From the NCBI RefSeq assembly GCF_963506605.1, contig NC_083276.1, positions 50,096,001 to 50,160,000 of the forward strand: a stretch of 64,000 nt of DNA, written 5' to 3'. The position numbers were made by a program, and so were the translations under genes. The notes beneath the pieces are model-generated. The model had not been told where the DNA came from and did no database searches. It saw nothing but the letters and a program-made list of their open reading frames with translations. The first letter of the stretch is position 1, and each line of letters begins with the position of its first letter. Shown piece after piece: positions 23,109 to 35,893 of the stretch. Source of the DNA: Zootoca vivipara. Lineage: Eukaryota.

Positions 23109-25232
23109 TTTCCACCTGCCCTGGATGCTTGAGCTGAGATTCCTGCGTTGCAGGGAGTGGGACCAGATGACTCTCAAGGTCCTTTGGTGCCCTCCAGATA
23201 TTTTGGGTGACAACTCCCCCTAGCCCATGCTAGCTGGGGCTGATGAGAATTGTCATCCAAAATATGGAGGCACCGGGTTGGTAAAGGCTGCTGCAAAGTA
23301 ATCTAGAGCATAGCTCACAGATCATGCTGCACACCTACTAATAATGACTACCAGTAAATGTCTTGGGCCGGGGCATTTGAACAGCAACTTTCCACAACCT
23401 CCGTTTGATGTTCAGGCATATAACCATTAAGTGTCCAGGGAAACATTTCTCCTTGGGCAACAATCTTCTTCCTGTGAGAAGCCAGAGATATGCCTTTCCT
23501 GGTCCTTGGATGAAGCATTTTGTCCATATATACTGTGGGGATCAGATGTGCTATAGTAGCACCATTCATTTTCCTGAATTATAGCCCCATGGACCCCAGA
23601 TCTGCTATGCACAAAGTTGGCCACCTAAGTCATTCTAGGAGACCCTAAGCACAGGTCTATTATTAGTTAGTTACAGCCTCCCTCCCTCCCTCCAATGAGC
23701 TCAGAGCAGTGCTTTGGCTTCACAACAACCCTGCGAGGTAGGTTAGGTTGAGAAAGTGACTTGTCCTTTCAGTGAGCTTGAATGAGAATGATACTTGAAT
23801 GGGGATGTAAGCCTGGGCACTTTCCACATCTAAATCTAGCATTTGAATCGCTGCAACATACAAATTCATCAGATAATTAGATCAGCCTTCTCAGATGCAA
23901 GCAATGGTGTTTGAAGGTGGGGGTATGTCACCCCCATTTTATCTGTTTGCAGCAGAAACACTAGTATCCATGAAGCAAGGATGTTTTCTATATAAAGTAT
24001 TTTCCTTCATAAGCGGTTCAGGACAGAAAGTTGCTCCATGAGTGTACAGTAAATCACTTCAAAATGCCATCAGTTATTGACTGCTGAAGTGTTTGTATGG
24101 GGATGGTCAGGGAGAATCAGCATGCAAGGCTGGTAAGGCGATGGCAGCTTCTGTGGGGAAGAATGGGCAAGCTTTTTAGTATCACAAAGCTCTTCTTCAA
24201 GCAACCTGGGAAGCTTTAAATTTAGCTCTGAACTTTCAGTCATAGCGAACCATGGCTTCTTATATTATGTGACACCCAGTTTTGTTTGTTTAATGCTACC
24301 AACTTAAAGTGTTAAGGGGTTATTATAAAGCTGGTAACTAAAGTGGCATTGCAAAGTAATATACTTGGAGTTATTTTTAGCTTTAATAGAGAACAGCTCC
24401 AAGAAGCTCAAAAGCTTTCAGATTGTCACCTACAGAAACCCGATTTACAACTGTGCAAATTACAAAAACAATAGCTTAGGTTACAGGGCACGAATTATTT
24501 ACTCCCTCGTATCTCCATTACTCACAGGCCCATGTAGTAGCAGCTGCCCTTCGACTTTCTCGTCCCACCACCCCATTTTACTCCTCTATAGGTACATGTG
24601 TCCTTCTGATCCCTTCAGCTAATGCAGTCACCAAGTCTTGGCATCAGCTAGAATGAAGTCTGTAGGTTCATAACAGGAGCCATGCCCTGGACCAAGAAGA
24701 ATAGAGACATCACAGACATGAGTATATGGACTGGGATCTCAGCTACCGTAAGCAAGTTGGCTACTGTCTCAGACCCAAGTCGATAGCCTCACTATAACGG
24801 GGCCAAAAAGAATGGCTTGGGGTGGTGTGCTTTCAAAGGCAGAGACAAATACAGGAAACACAAATGACTGTATCTGATTTAAATTTATTTTCTCGATCAC
24901 CCCCGCCTCCAGGTTTCCCAGTCATACACTTCGGAAGTTTTTCTGCCTCACTTCCTTATTTACATTTCTCTGCCATCCACAGATGCTTAAAGTGTTTTTC
25001 AGGGGGAAGGGAAAGAGATTGTATGTGAGGGTAAAATTACATTGATTTAGCCGATCAATTCCCTAGTTATATTAAATCTGTTACGACCATCTATAATGAT
25101 AAAGGGGGAGCTAAGTGGTTATTGGACTCCAGCTCTCATCGACCTCATTCAGCAGGGCCAACAATCAGGGATGATGGAAGTTGCAGGCCAACTACAACTG
25201 GAGGGGGTGCCACATTGGCTATTCCTGTACTT

Positions 25233-25281
<49 letters not shown>

Positions 25282-25564
25282 AGACTTTTGGTTGCTGACT
25301 GAAAAAGACTAAGGCTGCAACCCTAGGCACACTTACTTGAGACTGAGTCCCCATAAACTCAGCGGAATTTATTTGCAAGCAAACATGCACAGGACTTGGA
25401 TGTTGCTCTTCCCTGTGTCTCCCCCAGACCCGCTTTCTGGTAGTTCACAAAACGTTCAGAGTGAGCAGAAAACCACCTGAAGACTCACTGGAGGCAACAA
25501 CCTGAAATGTCTTGCTTTTCCTAGAACCAGCCCCCTTGGTGACTTGACTGGAGGAAGCCCTTAC

Positions 25565-25833
25565 CTGTAGGACACCTGTTTTCTGATGGTCAAGTGCAGA
25601 AACTGATCCTCCATCTGCGCCCTTAGGGACGGGCCTGCTTCGGCTCTCTCCTCTTCCGGCTGCGGGTTCAAGTTGTGGCCCAGCTGCAGGCTGGGGGGCA
25701 GTGACTTCCCGGCTCCTAGAACCCTCCACTCTTCTCTTGCAGAGCCTTGCCAGCTTGCTTTAGCTCCTCTGGCTGCTTCCTCTTCTCCAGCAGAATCGCA
25801 TCCTCTCCAGGTCCTGGGAGAAGCTTCAGCCAT
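25565..25833 (-). CDS. DGKZ: Diacylglycerol kinase zeta, first coding exon (MAE...RKQVSYR isoform)
   Basis: MAEASP...MEDQFLHLTIRKQVSYR matches the recalled human isoform MAEGQG...VEERFRQLHLRKQVSYR; Kozak AGAATGG; in-frame TGA 7 codons upstream; phase-2 donor AG|GTAAGG; CREB3L1-DGKZ tandem synteny as in mammals. Confidence 0.88.
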
Positions 25834-26555
25834 TCTTTCCCAAGTAAGACGGACTCAGGCACTTGCTTCCTGGGCACTTGCTACCCAGAGGATCACAATA
25901 CTCGGCGCCCACCCTGCTGTTCTTGGCGGTGGGCTTGGATTTCTTCGGAAGGAAGGAGAGAGAACAGGGAAGGCAGCTTGCTTGGCTGAGAAGATTTGAC
26001 AGATTCTTCAATGGGTGGCTATTGTTCCCTTGGAATTATCACTCATCGGCCTCATTCATTCAGGAAAACAAAAGCACGAGGAATTCCGGGGAGGGAGGGG
26101 GGAATCCCATAAACTTAGACAAGACTGAGGAATTAGCCCCCCAAACCCAGCTGCCTTTCCAGAGAGGCAGGAAGATTTTTAAAAATGGGAATAAGAAGTT
26201 AATATGACGGCCAACAGAGAAAAGGAGGCAGCCAACTCGTGAAGGATCAATTTCTGCCAAAGGAGATGGGGAAGCCTTATCCTTTTTGTGTTCTTGCTGG
26301 AGGAAGAAAAGGACCAGTCAGGGTTTCTTCATGACTTGGGATCCGATGCTCTCCACCTCGGCGACTTCCTCCAGAACAGCCAGGACAGCAGTGATAAGAA
26401 ATCACCCGCGGGAAAGGAGAGACTCCGCGGACCCTGCTGCCGCAGAAGACAAAGCAAAGGGAGAGACGGAGGGGGGAGAGGGAGGGAAGGGGGCTGTGCT
26501 AACGCTACACCGGAGAGCAGTGTCACCTAAGAGACACTCGGAAGCGGGCACTTAA

Positions 26556-26564
26556 CCCTTTATA
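26556..26564 (-). promoter_or_regulatory. Candidate TATA box (TATAAAGGG) of a DGKZ promoter
   Basis: Lies at the upstream edge of a locally CpG-enriched tract (~26340-26610), ~730 nt upstream of the DGKZ ATG. Confidence 0.4.
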
Positions 26565-28489
26565 ATCCAGGCAGAACTGAGCCCTGGAACTGTGACCCGA
26601 TCCTCGATGCCCTGAGATTTGTTTGAGAAAGGATTCGATCTTAAAGAGAGGGGTTCCCCAGGGATCATCTAGTCTGACCTCCGTGCACACATGGAAAATC
26701 CGAAGGGTGTGAGCAAGACCACACACGAAGAAGAAAAGTGGGTGAGTGGTCTGCTAGAGTGATTTCTGATGGATAAAGAATAGGGTCCATCCAATAATAG
26801 CGTGTTTGTTTGTTTGTTTAAAATAGTGGGCGGGGCATAGCTGTTTCTTTGGCAACTGGTGCTCTCCAGCTGTTTCGGACTAGTCCCATCTAGCTGTAGT
26901 CCAAAACATCTGGAGGGCACCAGGTGCTGAGCAAAAAGAGTGAACAGATGTTTTAATTCACTTTTTTTTGTCTTAGGCAAGTCACGCCTCAGTTCTTTAT
27001 CTGTAAAATGGAAATAATAATGACCTGCCTTGCAAGGAAACACCGTGAAATAATTTTTTTAAAAAAAATACTGCTTACTTATCCTTATCATGAGGTGGGA
27101 GGAAGAATGGGTGCTTGTAGGAAACAGATGGGAACGAAACTTTTATAGCTTGCTGTACTATATATAGTGCTATCAAAATAAGAAAATAAGAAAAAGGACT
27201 CTTAGGGGGTGTAAGGCTTTGGCTTCTTCCTCTGGAGAAATGGCTGCATGCTTGCCTTTAGTAGAAGGGAATAAACTGCAGGTAAATCTCATTTTCCCAT
27301 GACTCTCCCAATTTATTATTGCTGGTTAAATGAGATTTTCTCCAGAGCTGGCACCCCCCTTGCTCTTGAGACTGCTATGCATCAACTAGTTGGGCAACTG
27401 TCAGAGGTACCTACTGGACAGTGCCCAGGACATGAGTCATAATAAAAGACACAACGCATGCATGCACATAATGTGGGCATTCTTTAAAGGTTTGTTTTTG
27501 CTTTCGCTTTTATCTCTTTAGTTCTTTCCAGGATGAGTGCTTTTATACTCTAAAATGCGAATACTCACGCCGTCCTTTACAAGAAACAAAAGCATGTCAA
27601 CAATTAAAAATTGAACACTTTCCCTTCTCACCAATATACCCCAATTCTTATTTGTTTCCTACCCACCCCCTACTCCTTATTTGGAACCCAGTGCACTTCC
27701 CCTCTCTAACACAGGAGGGCACAGTTTCCATTTTTTATCCCACCCCACCCCCCAAAACGAAACAGGTATTTTTCTCCCAGCAGCTTAGCTATCCACTAAC
27801 GAAGTTGCCTAACACATCCTCCTGTGCTTGCAGGGAACGGTTGGGGCAAGTGGAATACTTCCATTGCTTAAAAAAAAAGAAGAGGAGTCTATAGAAGCTC
27901 CTAGGTCTTGCATTAAAGGAGTCATGGAATATTGCATCAGTAAATCTTTGCTCCGTAGCCTCTACATCTCTACCCTGCTCCCATGTCTCTTGGTCGCACT
28001 GGAAAGTATGCACCTGGCTTCTAGAGGCTGAGGCTAAGACAGCACTGCACCAGAAACCAAGCACGACTTGGTGAATGGGCAGGGATGCTCTGAGGACTGG
28101 ACTAAATTATACCAGTAGAAACTGGCTCTATTACATGAAGTACCCAGCCAATAGAGATGTACAGCACATGCAGATATTTATTCTCTAAAGAACCAATTTG
28201 ATCCTGATGCACAAAGATCAGGCAACATTCAGAAATATTCCCTTCCTCTCTCTCCCCCTCTACCACCCCCCACTTGTATGTATGTACGTGAAACCACAGC
28301 AGGATTGTGCCTGGTCTGCATTTGTAATTCAGGGGATGAGGCATCTGACTGTCCTCTCCAGAGATCTGTAGTGCCATTTATACACAGTTTCTTAGCACCA
28401 AAGGGTGTGAATCTGCTTGGCCACCAATCCTTCCTGTTAACCAGAATCTTGGCCTTGTTGCTGACCATCACCTCTCATCTGTTGCCTAG

Positions 28490-28795
28490 AAGAGGAGGAG
28501 GAGGAGGAGGAGGAGGAGGAGGAGGAGGAGGAGGAGGAGGAGGAGGAGGAGGAGGAGTTTGGATTTGATATCCCGCTTTATCACTACCCGAAGGAGTCTC
28601 AAAGCGGCTAACATTCTCCTTTCCCTTCCTCCCCCACAACAAACACTCTGTGAGGTAAGTGAGGCTGAGAGACTTCAGAGAAGTGTGACTAGCCCAAGGT
28701 CACCCAGCAGCTGCATGTGGAGGAGCCGGGACACGAACCCGGTTCACCAGATTACAAGTCCACCACTCTTAACCACTACACCACACTGGCTCTCC
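28490..28795 (-). mobile_element. Ther1/MIR-derived CORE SINE (Squam3-type) with a (TCC)n tail
   Basis: 5' GGAGAGCCAGTGTGGTGTAGTGGTTAAGAG (A box), B-box-like GGTTCGTGTCC, CORE GGGTGACCTTGGGCTAGTCAC; (GGA)n on the plus strand at ~28492-28557. Confidence 0.85.
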
Positions 28796-30034
28796 TGAGA
28801 GCAGGCAGCCTTTCAGGAATGGAAAGGAAGAGGCGTCAGAGTGAGTTCCTCTCCTGCTGTCTCTCAGCTATCTCATAAAGCCCAACCAGGTTCAGTGCTG
28901 CCATCTTTCTTTTTCTGAGACACAGTTATCCTCCTGCACAAAAGCGGATTTCAGCAGGGCATGCGTGCATATCTGCGAGGAGGAGCTGCTTGAGATTTGC
29001 AAGAGAAACCGTGCCTGCTCTTTGCAGACCCAAAACCAGCATGAGGAAATAATGTCAGCAGCACCTGGGAAGTGAAAGAGTCCTTGAATCTGCGCACCAG
29101 AAACAAGTCATGTCACTTGTGTGACATCTCCGCCTTTTGCATTCTCTTTGCCTCACTAGGGTTACACCCATCAATCGCTTGACATCTCAGCCCCCCACAC
29201 TTCCCACATCTTCCTACTGCCTTGTCGTGACTTGTCATTTAGCCAAACTCCCCAGGCTTTCCTTTCAAATCTCTCCCATGACTCAGCCCCATCAACCCCC
29301 AGATAGCATTAGTTCCTCTTCTCTAGATCAGCTGTCATCTCCTCTGCCCAAGGTGCACATTCAGCCAGTGAAATGTACATTCATTTGGTCGTATCTTACA
29401 TGCCTCAGCATACAAGATACTATCAAATGGTGGCATTTTGTTAGTGTAAGGCTTGGACTATGGGCTATTTTTGCTGCATCTGTGCTCTTATTTCCACCTT
29501 CCCAAGAAGGGAGCCCAGCTCTGCATGGGCCTCACAGTAGCCAGAGTAGCCAGAAATGGGTGGCTAGATAACACACCTTTCAAAAAAAATCATTTGGCTC
29601 CAAGGACTTAATGCTCCCTTTTGCCTATGAACTGAGATCCACCTTGCAATTGCTTTATTTCTCCTCTACTAGACCACTGAAATACAAAAATGGATACTGT
29701 GCTGTTTAAAGCTCAGTGTTCTTTATGTTTCTGCCAGATAGCCAGAGGCTGATCTAGCTGAGTCAATATGCTTCTCACATTTAAAACCAGCCTAAGGGGA
29801 TTTCACAGCAAACATGAGTCTGAAACTCTCCATGGGCAAAGGAAGCTGGGGGGGGGATTCTAGGGAGAAAGTGATTGTCAGTGGGCGGGGGGCGGGGGGA
29901 GTTAGTCACCCACTTGTCTCTCTTCTCCAGTGCAGGCCACTTCCTCCTGTTGGTCATTGCACTTCTGCAATGTAACGTGTGTAGCTTGCTAACCAAGTCT
30001 CAGGTTCGCTTATTGATAATCTGGAATAAAGTGG

Positions 30035-30358
30035 TAGGGTCAGCAAACGTTTTCAGCAGGGGGCCGGTCCACCATCCCTTAGACTTTGTGGGGGGCCAGA
30101 CTATATTTGGGGGGGGTGCGGAAATGAATGAGTTCCTATGCCCCACAAATAACCCAGAGATGCATTTTAAATAAAAGCACACATTCTACTCATGTAAAAA
30201 CAGCAGACAGGCCCCACAAATAACCCAGAGATGCATTTTACATAAAATGACACATTCTACTCATGTAAAAACACGCCGATTACCAGATCATCCACTGGCT
30301 GGATTTAGAAGGCGATTGGGCCGGATCTGGCCCCTGGGCCTTTGTTTGCCTACCCATG
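30035..30358. mobile_element. hAT-type MITE with a ~60-bp internal tandem duplication
   Basis: Ends tagggtcagcaaac / gtttgcctacccatg; duplicated gccccacaaataacccagagatgcatttta...cacattctactcatgtaaaaac. Confidence 0.65.
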
Positions 30359-30586
30359 GCTTAGTTTATGAACAACTTGGATTAAGAACGCTGCAAATCT
30401 GGAAGCAGGTGTTTTGGTTTGTGAACTTTGCCTTGGAATAAGAACATGTTTCGCTTCTGGTTGAGTGTGTTCCATTTGTAAATTGAGTTCCCCACTGCTA
30501 TGGGAAAGCACACCTTGGTTTAAGAACGCTTTGGTTTAAGAACGGACTTCTGGAACGGATTAAGTTCGTAAACCAAGGTATCACTG
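30359..30586. mobile_element. Tigger-like MITE (right portion)
   Basis: Ends AAACCAAGGTATCACTG|TA; related to 51033-51258. Confidence 0.7.
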
Positions 30587-33500
30587 TAGTTGCTGCAGCA
30601 AACACTAATAGCAAAACACATTCTCAAAGTGTCTGCCAGGCATTGCTCAACTACAGTTCCCATCATCCCTGGCTTTTGGGCATGCTCGCTGAGGTTGATG
30701 GGAATTGTAGTTCAGTAACATCTGGAGGGCCAATGGTTTCCCACTCCTTATATACCTAAGGCAGCAACAAGAGGTATCAGCAGACGGCTGGAGGGAGGGG
30801 GTAACCCTAAGTTAACAGAAGTACTGTACAAAAATGTATAGGAAAAAAGGCCTAAGTGGGGAGACTCTCCAAAACAGCCTAATGAGGACTGGTTATGCTC
30901 TGTGGCCACTGAGTGTCTGTTGCAGGGGAGAGGGAGAATAGAGCAGTAGCCTCTGGATTTGGCCCATGAAGCCTTTGGAGTGAACCCACCTTGCCCACAC
31001 CTGATGTCATTTGACAATAAGACATGGGAAAGTCCAAGCCCTTCTCCAAAGGGAGAACTGGGAGCCGCTTCTAAATGAGCTCCCAATTCCTCCTTTGCAG
31101 CTACAACTTAGGCTGGGCACCCTTATCTGAGATGGTTTCTTCCTTTGTAGCCACAGCATGAATTCAGAAGAAGTGTCAGATTCAAGATGCACCTGCAAAG
31201 GGAAAAAATATGGGAGCATTCTTCTTTGCTGTGCCCTAGAAGAGTTGTTCGTGAAACTGACCAGACAGGCAGCTTCCTATGTCTTCTTCATTTGGCCACG
31301 CAATTGTGGCATCACAGAACTGCCCAGAACATACCAGTTTCCATTCCAATGCCACACTTTCTCCTAAAAGAGCAACAAGGTCAGAAAGAGAGTCCCCCCC
31401 ACAGCTAAAAAGTTTTTGCTATCTCCTCCTCCTCACTTTCTTTTCACAGTGCCTGTCTCACACTCACAAGCAAGCACTGACGCAGACATTTTCTTTTTGC
31501 CTGAATGTACCTAGAGGCACTTGGTGAGTTTTGCTGAGCTTCTGATAAGCTGCAGGAGGATCTGTTGCCGTGTGACATGCCACATAAGGATTAACGTGCC
31601 CCACTTGACCGTCCCCATCAAAACGGCAAAATTCATTCTGTATAATGACAATTGAGATCCTTAAAGAATAAAGTCCGAGAAAAGCAAGGCTTCCATTAAA
31701 TTTACTTGGAAGTAAGCCCAGTTTGAAATCCGTGGGGCATACTTCTGAATAAACTTCCGTAGGATCAAGTTGCATAGCCAAATAATAAGAACTATACATA
31801 AAGCCATATATTGGGCTTCTCTCCTCTGAACATCCAGCAGAATGAGGTGGTAAAAGCAGAGGCGGATTTAGGGCAGTGTGACTGGTTCTTCTACACTGGG
31901 TGCCAAGCCTAGGGGGCGCTGCAGGGCAACACAGCTATGTGCAGAATGGAAGGCAAAAGGTGGGGGCTGCTGAATTTTGGCCTCTCACAGGGCACCACTG
32001 AAATCTGAAAGACCAAAGTCTCCCCCCCCCCCGGCCGCCCCTTGCAAAAACCTGAGATAGCTGAATGGATTGTACCACTGCAGGTAGGGGGTGCCATAAT
32101 GGATCACTTCCCACATAAAATATTTCATTTCAGTTTCAAAAAATAAGCAAACAAATGCATCAGGAAGGAAGGTTCAAATTTTATAGTTGCAGGGATTTGT
32201 TTTTTTTAATGTGGGAAACTTTTTTTAAAAAAAGATCTTCCACCTGCAGTCGGGAATGGCACATGCCATTCTGTCACCTCAGGATTCTGCTGTTGCCTTT
32301 TCCCATAAGGCAAGAGGCTAATATTTTTCCATTAAAAAGTATGGGGCTATTTATTGCTCAATGCATCCGAATGTATCCCTGGATCCAGTCAGTTATGGAT
32401 CCCTTCCCCACTAATCTGTGCTGGGGTTTCATGCCTTTCACCCATAATGTCTCCAAGGCAGCACGCAAATCAAAACATTTAGAAGAATAATGTAATAAGG
32501 CCATCTGACAGCCAGTGGACTGTGTGCTAGAGTTTGTGCAAACTTCTTTAACTGTGGGCCCCTGGATGCTGTCGGACTACAACTCCCATCATCCTTGATC
32601 TTTGGTTAAGATGGCAGAGATTATGGGAGTTGTAGTCCAACAAATATCTGTTACCCAAGGTTGAAGAACTGTATAGAGTGTAAGACCAGGAACAGGGAGA
32701 TCCTGGCGTATGTTTGGACAAAACTTCAGTACAATCTTTATACTTGCTAATCCCTCCAAAGGGTGATTATCTTTGCTGGCAACTTACCAGGTAAAAATAG
32801 TCTGGAAGTCAGTTGTTCCAGTCTCAAAGAGGATGGGGTGGGTCTTTTCACTCTGCTGATGATGTCACATAGTCTCATTTGCTGGGAGAGACACAAAAGC
32901 CTTTGATTCAAAATTTTAGCCCATGGAAAAGATTCATCTCCAAGCGAAGTGTTGTAAATATGTCCACGGAAATAAAAATTTATCTGGGAGAAGTGCTCAG
33001 CTAATGCTTAGCTGCCTTGGTCACAGCATCTTGGTCACTGATGAGCTTGAGATTCTATCAGGGGAAATGATTGAGTTTGTTGAGCATGACCTGCTCCTTA
33101 TAAACCTCATTACAATGATTTCGTCTGGCTCCATTACTCTCCAAATGGCCCTTCTGCCTGTCAACACATGCCGTGAGTGATAAGCTGCAGCAGCAGGTCA
33201 AGGAACTGCAAAGCGCTGACCCTCCTGCCCCAAGTTTCAGGACTGCTGCTTGCAGGGCTTCCCCGTCTGAACAACACACACCCTTTCCCAAAACCATAGG
33301 GCTGAAGGAGGGGGTGAGCTGTGTCTACTGCAGGGGGGAAGCATATGTCTTTGATTCAGTTATATGTACTTATAACTATGAGGATGAAATTAATACAATT
33401 GGGTTATATCTAACAGTGTCACTCAGCAGAGAGCAAGAAGGCTTCTGTCAGTGGAATGGGATGAGAAGCAATTTTCAGTAATTGTGCCCTCCCACTCCTG

Positions 33501-33719
33501 AAGCTCCAGAGGATTGGAGGACCCTCCTTACCATCAGTTGAATGACACCATAGGGTGGCCCATTGTGTCTACACCTACTCTACTTCTGAACTGCTTGCGG
33601 TTCTCAGCCAGTTATCATCTTGCTGGCATCCATCTGTCCTGGGAGACAATAGAAGGGTGTGCCTTTGGGGGTGAGGTCAAGCCTTTGGACGTTTGCAGTG
33701 CCTGCTGTGACTATATATA

Positions 33720-34012
33720 CCTGAAGGAGCATCTCCATTCTCCACCCCATCGTTCTGCCCGGACACTGAGGTCCTCCTCCAAGGGCCTTCTGCAAGAAGT
33801 GAGGTTACAGGGAACCAGGCAGAGGGCCTTCTTGGTAGTGGCGCCCGCCCTGTGGAACGCCCTTCCATCAGATGTCAAGGAAATAAACAACTACCTGACT
33901 TTTAGAAGACATCTGAAGGCAGCCCTGTTTAGGGAAGCTTTTAATGTTTGAAGTTTTATTCTGTTTAATATTCTGTTGGGAGCCGCCCAGGTGGGTGGGG
34001 TATAAATAAATT
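33720..34012 (+). mobile_element. L2 3' end
   Basis: YLKEHL...RTLRSS...RAFLVVAPALWNALP...FRRHLKAALF; same family as 340-685. Confidence 0.85.
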
Positions 34013-34787
34013 GATTGCTGTTGTTACTATAGAGACCGATACAGGAGACATATGTTTTGTTGCAGCTGGGTCAGATGAAGGCATCCAGTTGTGCTGCTGC
34101 AGGTGCACCATGGCATTTCTTCTCTCTGCAATTTTTGGTTAATTGCTCATCCGCCTTTTAACTAATCAATAAATTAATTATTTTCTGCTGGGGCTTATGC
34201 TGTTGCTTCGATTTTATTAGCTGCCCCAGTCTGAACGAGAAAAAAAGGCAATGTTTCTTGGAGACTATGCATGCTGACCAGAAAATGTACAAAATACAGT
34301 CAAGATACATACATTCCCCAAAGTCTGTTGGATATTATACATAATGGCCAGAGAATGTACAAATTTCAGCTGAGATATCTACATCCCCCAAAGCCTGTAT
34401 ATTGACTGGCACGATTCCCTCTTCATGGAATGATTATGCGCACATTTTCCATGAGGCCTGTTGAATACGCACCAGGAGGGGGGATGTAAAGACTGGAGTT
34501 AAATTGACAGTTTGTGACAATTCAGTTACAGCATAAATGTATGCCAAATGTCCCTTCACAGCAGCAGTAAAAGATGACAACAGAATCATTTTAGCATTGC
34601 TGAGTAAAGTAGCTATACAATTAGTATTTAAATGGATGCAAAATGAGCACAGCGACTCTTCACGGCAGATGTGCTTGCTGACAACACAATCATCTCGCTG
34701 AGCAGATTCCCACCTGTCGTGGGAAACCAAATGAATAGAACTGGAAAAGTGAAATCCAGCAGACTGATGCTGGACTTTGCCCTTAAA

Positions 34788-35076
34788 CAAGGGTCGGCAA
34801 CCTAAGGCCCATGGGCCACAAGCGGCCCACAGGGGTTGTTTAAATGACCCATGAGCCGTCCCTGAACTGAGCCGCCCGCTCAGTGAGTCCCCACTGGCAC
34901 AATGTAGCGCAGGGACTCGCTTCCGCGGTGCCGGAAATCGCGTCTGCACATGCGCAGACGCTGGAAATCGCATCGACGCAGACGCTGGACATCGTGCACA
35001 CGCACACGATCCGGCCCACAGAGGGATCTCCGCTGGAGTGAACCGGCCCAGGCGAGGTAAACCTTGCCGAAACCTG
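34788..35076. mobile_element. CpG-rich hAT-type MITE
   Basis: Imperfect TIRs CAAGGGTCGGCAA / TTGCCGAAACCTG; degenerate 8-bp TSD CCCTTAAA / GCCTTGAA. Confidence 0.7.
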
Positions 35077-35757
35077 GCCTTGAAGGTCCTTTGATCTGAG
35101 ATGGCCACCTCCATCACTAAGGGAGGGAACCTGGTAGGCTGAAGGCTTCTCCTGCTGGTTCCTGGGAAAAGGTCCTGACATTCCATTGCCATTTTTGATT
35201 TGCAGCAATGACTGGTGTTGCACTAGCATCTATTCCTATGGATTAAAAGATCAATACAGAAATTGGTCCATTAGGGCAAATGCAACATTGTCTTACCATC
35301 CTCAACTGGCCCCTACCTACCTGTCTACCGACTTACGTCCCATCCAGGAGGTGGCATTTGCATTCACCTTCCTCCTCCTCCTTAGTATCAGTCTCACCCT
35401 TGCAGATCTCAGCTGGGAGGAGGGCAGGAGCAAAACTAGGGTGTGGGCTTGGCTTAGCATTGGTTCTAGCGCCACCTGCTGTTGACCTCTCTGCCTTCCT
35501 CCCTGTCATGAACTGGTACGACAACGGGGAGGAGGAAGAGGATCCTGGCGAGGGGTGTAGCCAGGACTGAGAAACACCAGGGCAAGTAGGGGATGGAGAA
35601 GGAAGAACTCACAGGGTGATGGAGAATGGCGAAGGGGTGGGGATCCGTGCACAGGAACCAGAGCAGCAAGACCCATAACCAGAGCCAGAGAGGTCCCTAT
35701 CTCCATGATCACAGTGGGCTCTGAGGTGTAGAGAGTAGTGAGAGGAACACTCTAGAA

Positions 35758-35893
35758 CAGGCATCCCCAAACTGCGGCCCTCCAGATGTTTTGGCCTACA
35801 ACTCCCATGATCCCTAACTAAGAGGACCAGTGGTAGGGGATGATGGGAATTGTAGTCCAAAACATCTGGAGGGCCGAAGTTTGGGGATGCCTG
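35758..35893. mobile_element. Palindromic hAT-type MITE
   Basis: TIRs CAGGCATCCCCAAACT / AGTTTGGGGATGCCTG extending to ~50-bp arms; 8-bp TSD CTCTAGAA / ATCTAGAA. Confidence 0.85.

Noticed and set aside
25826-26011. 61-aa ORF overlapping the DGKZ start codon as a possible uORF or N-terminal extension
   Set aside because: Starts at TTG, is in a different frame, and has an in-frame stop shortly upstream; no support for translation
28278-28568. ORF with a poly-Gly tract
   Set aside because: Produced by the (GGA)n tail of a SINE
34434-35192. 252-aa minus-strand ORF in a CpG-rich patch
   Set aside because: Spans a GC-rich hAT MITE (34788-35076), which explains both the lack of stops and the CpG density
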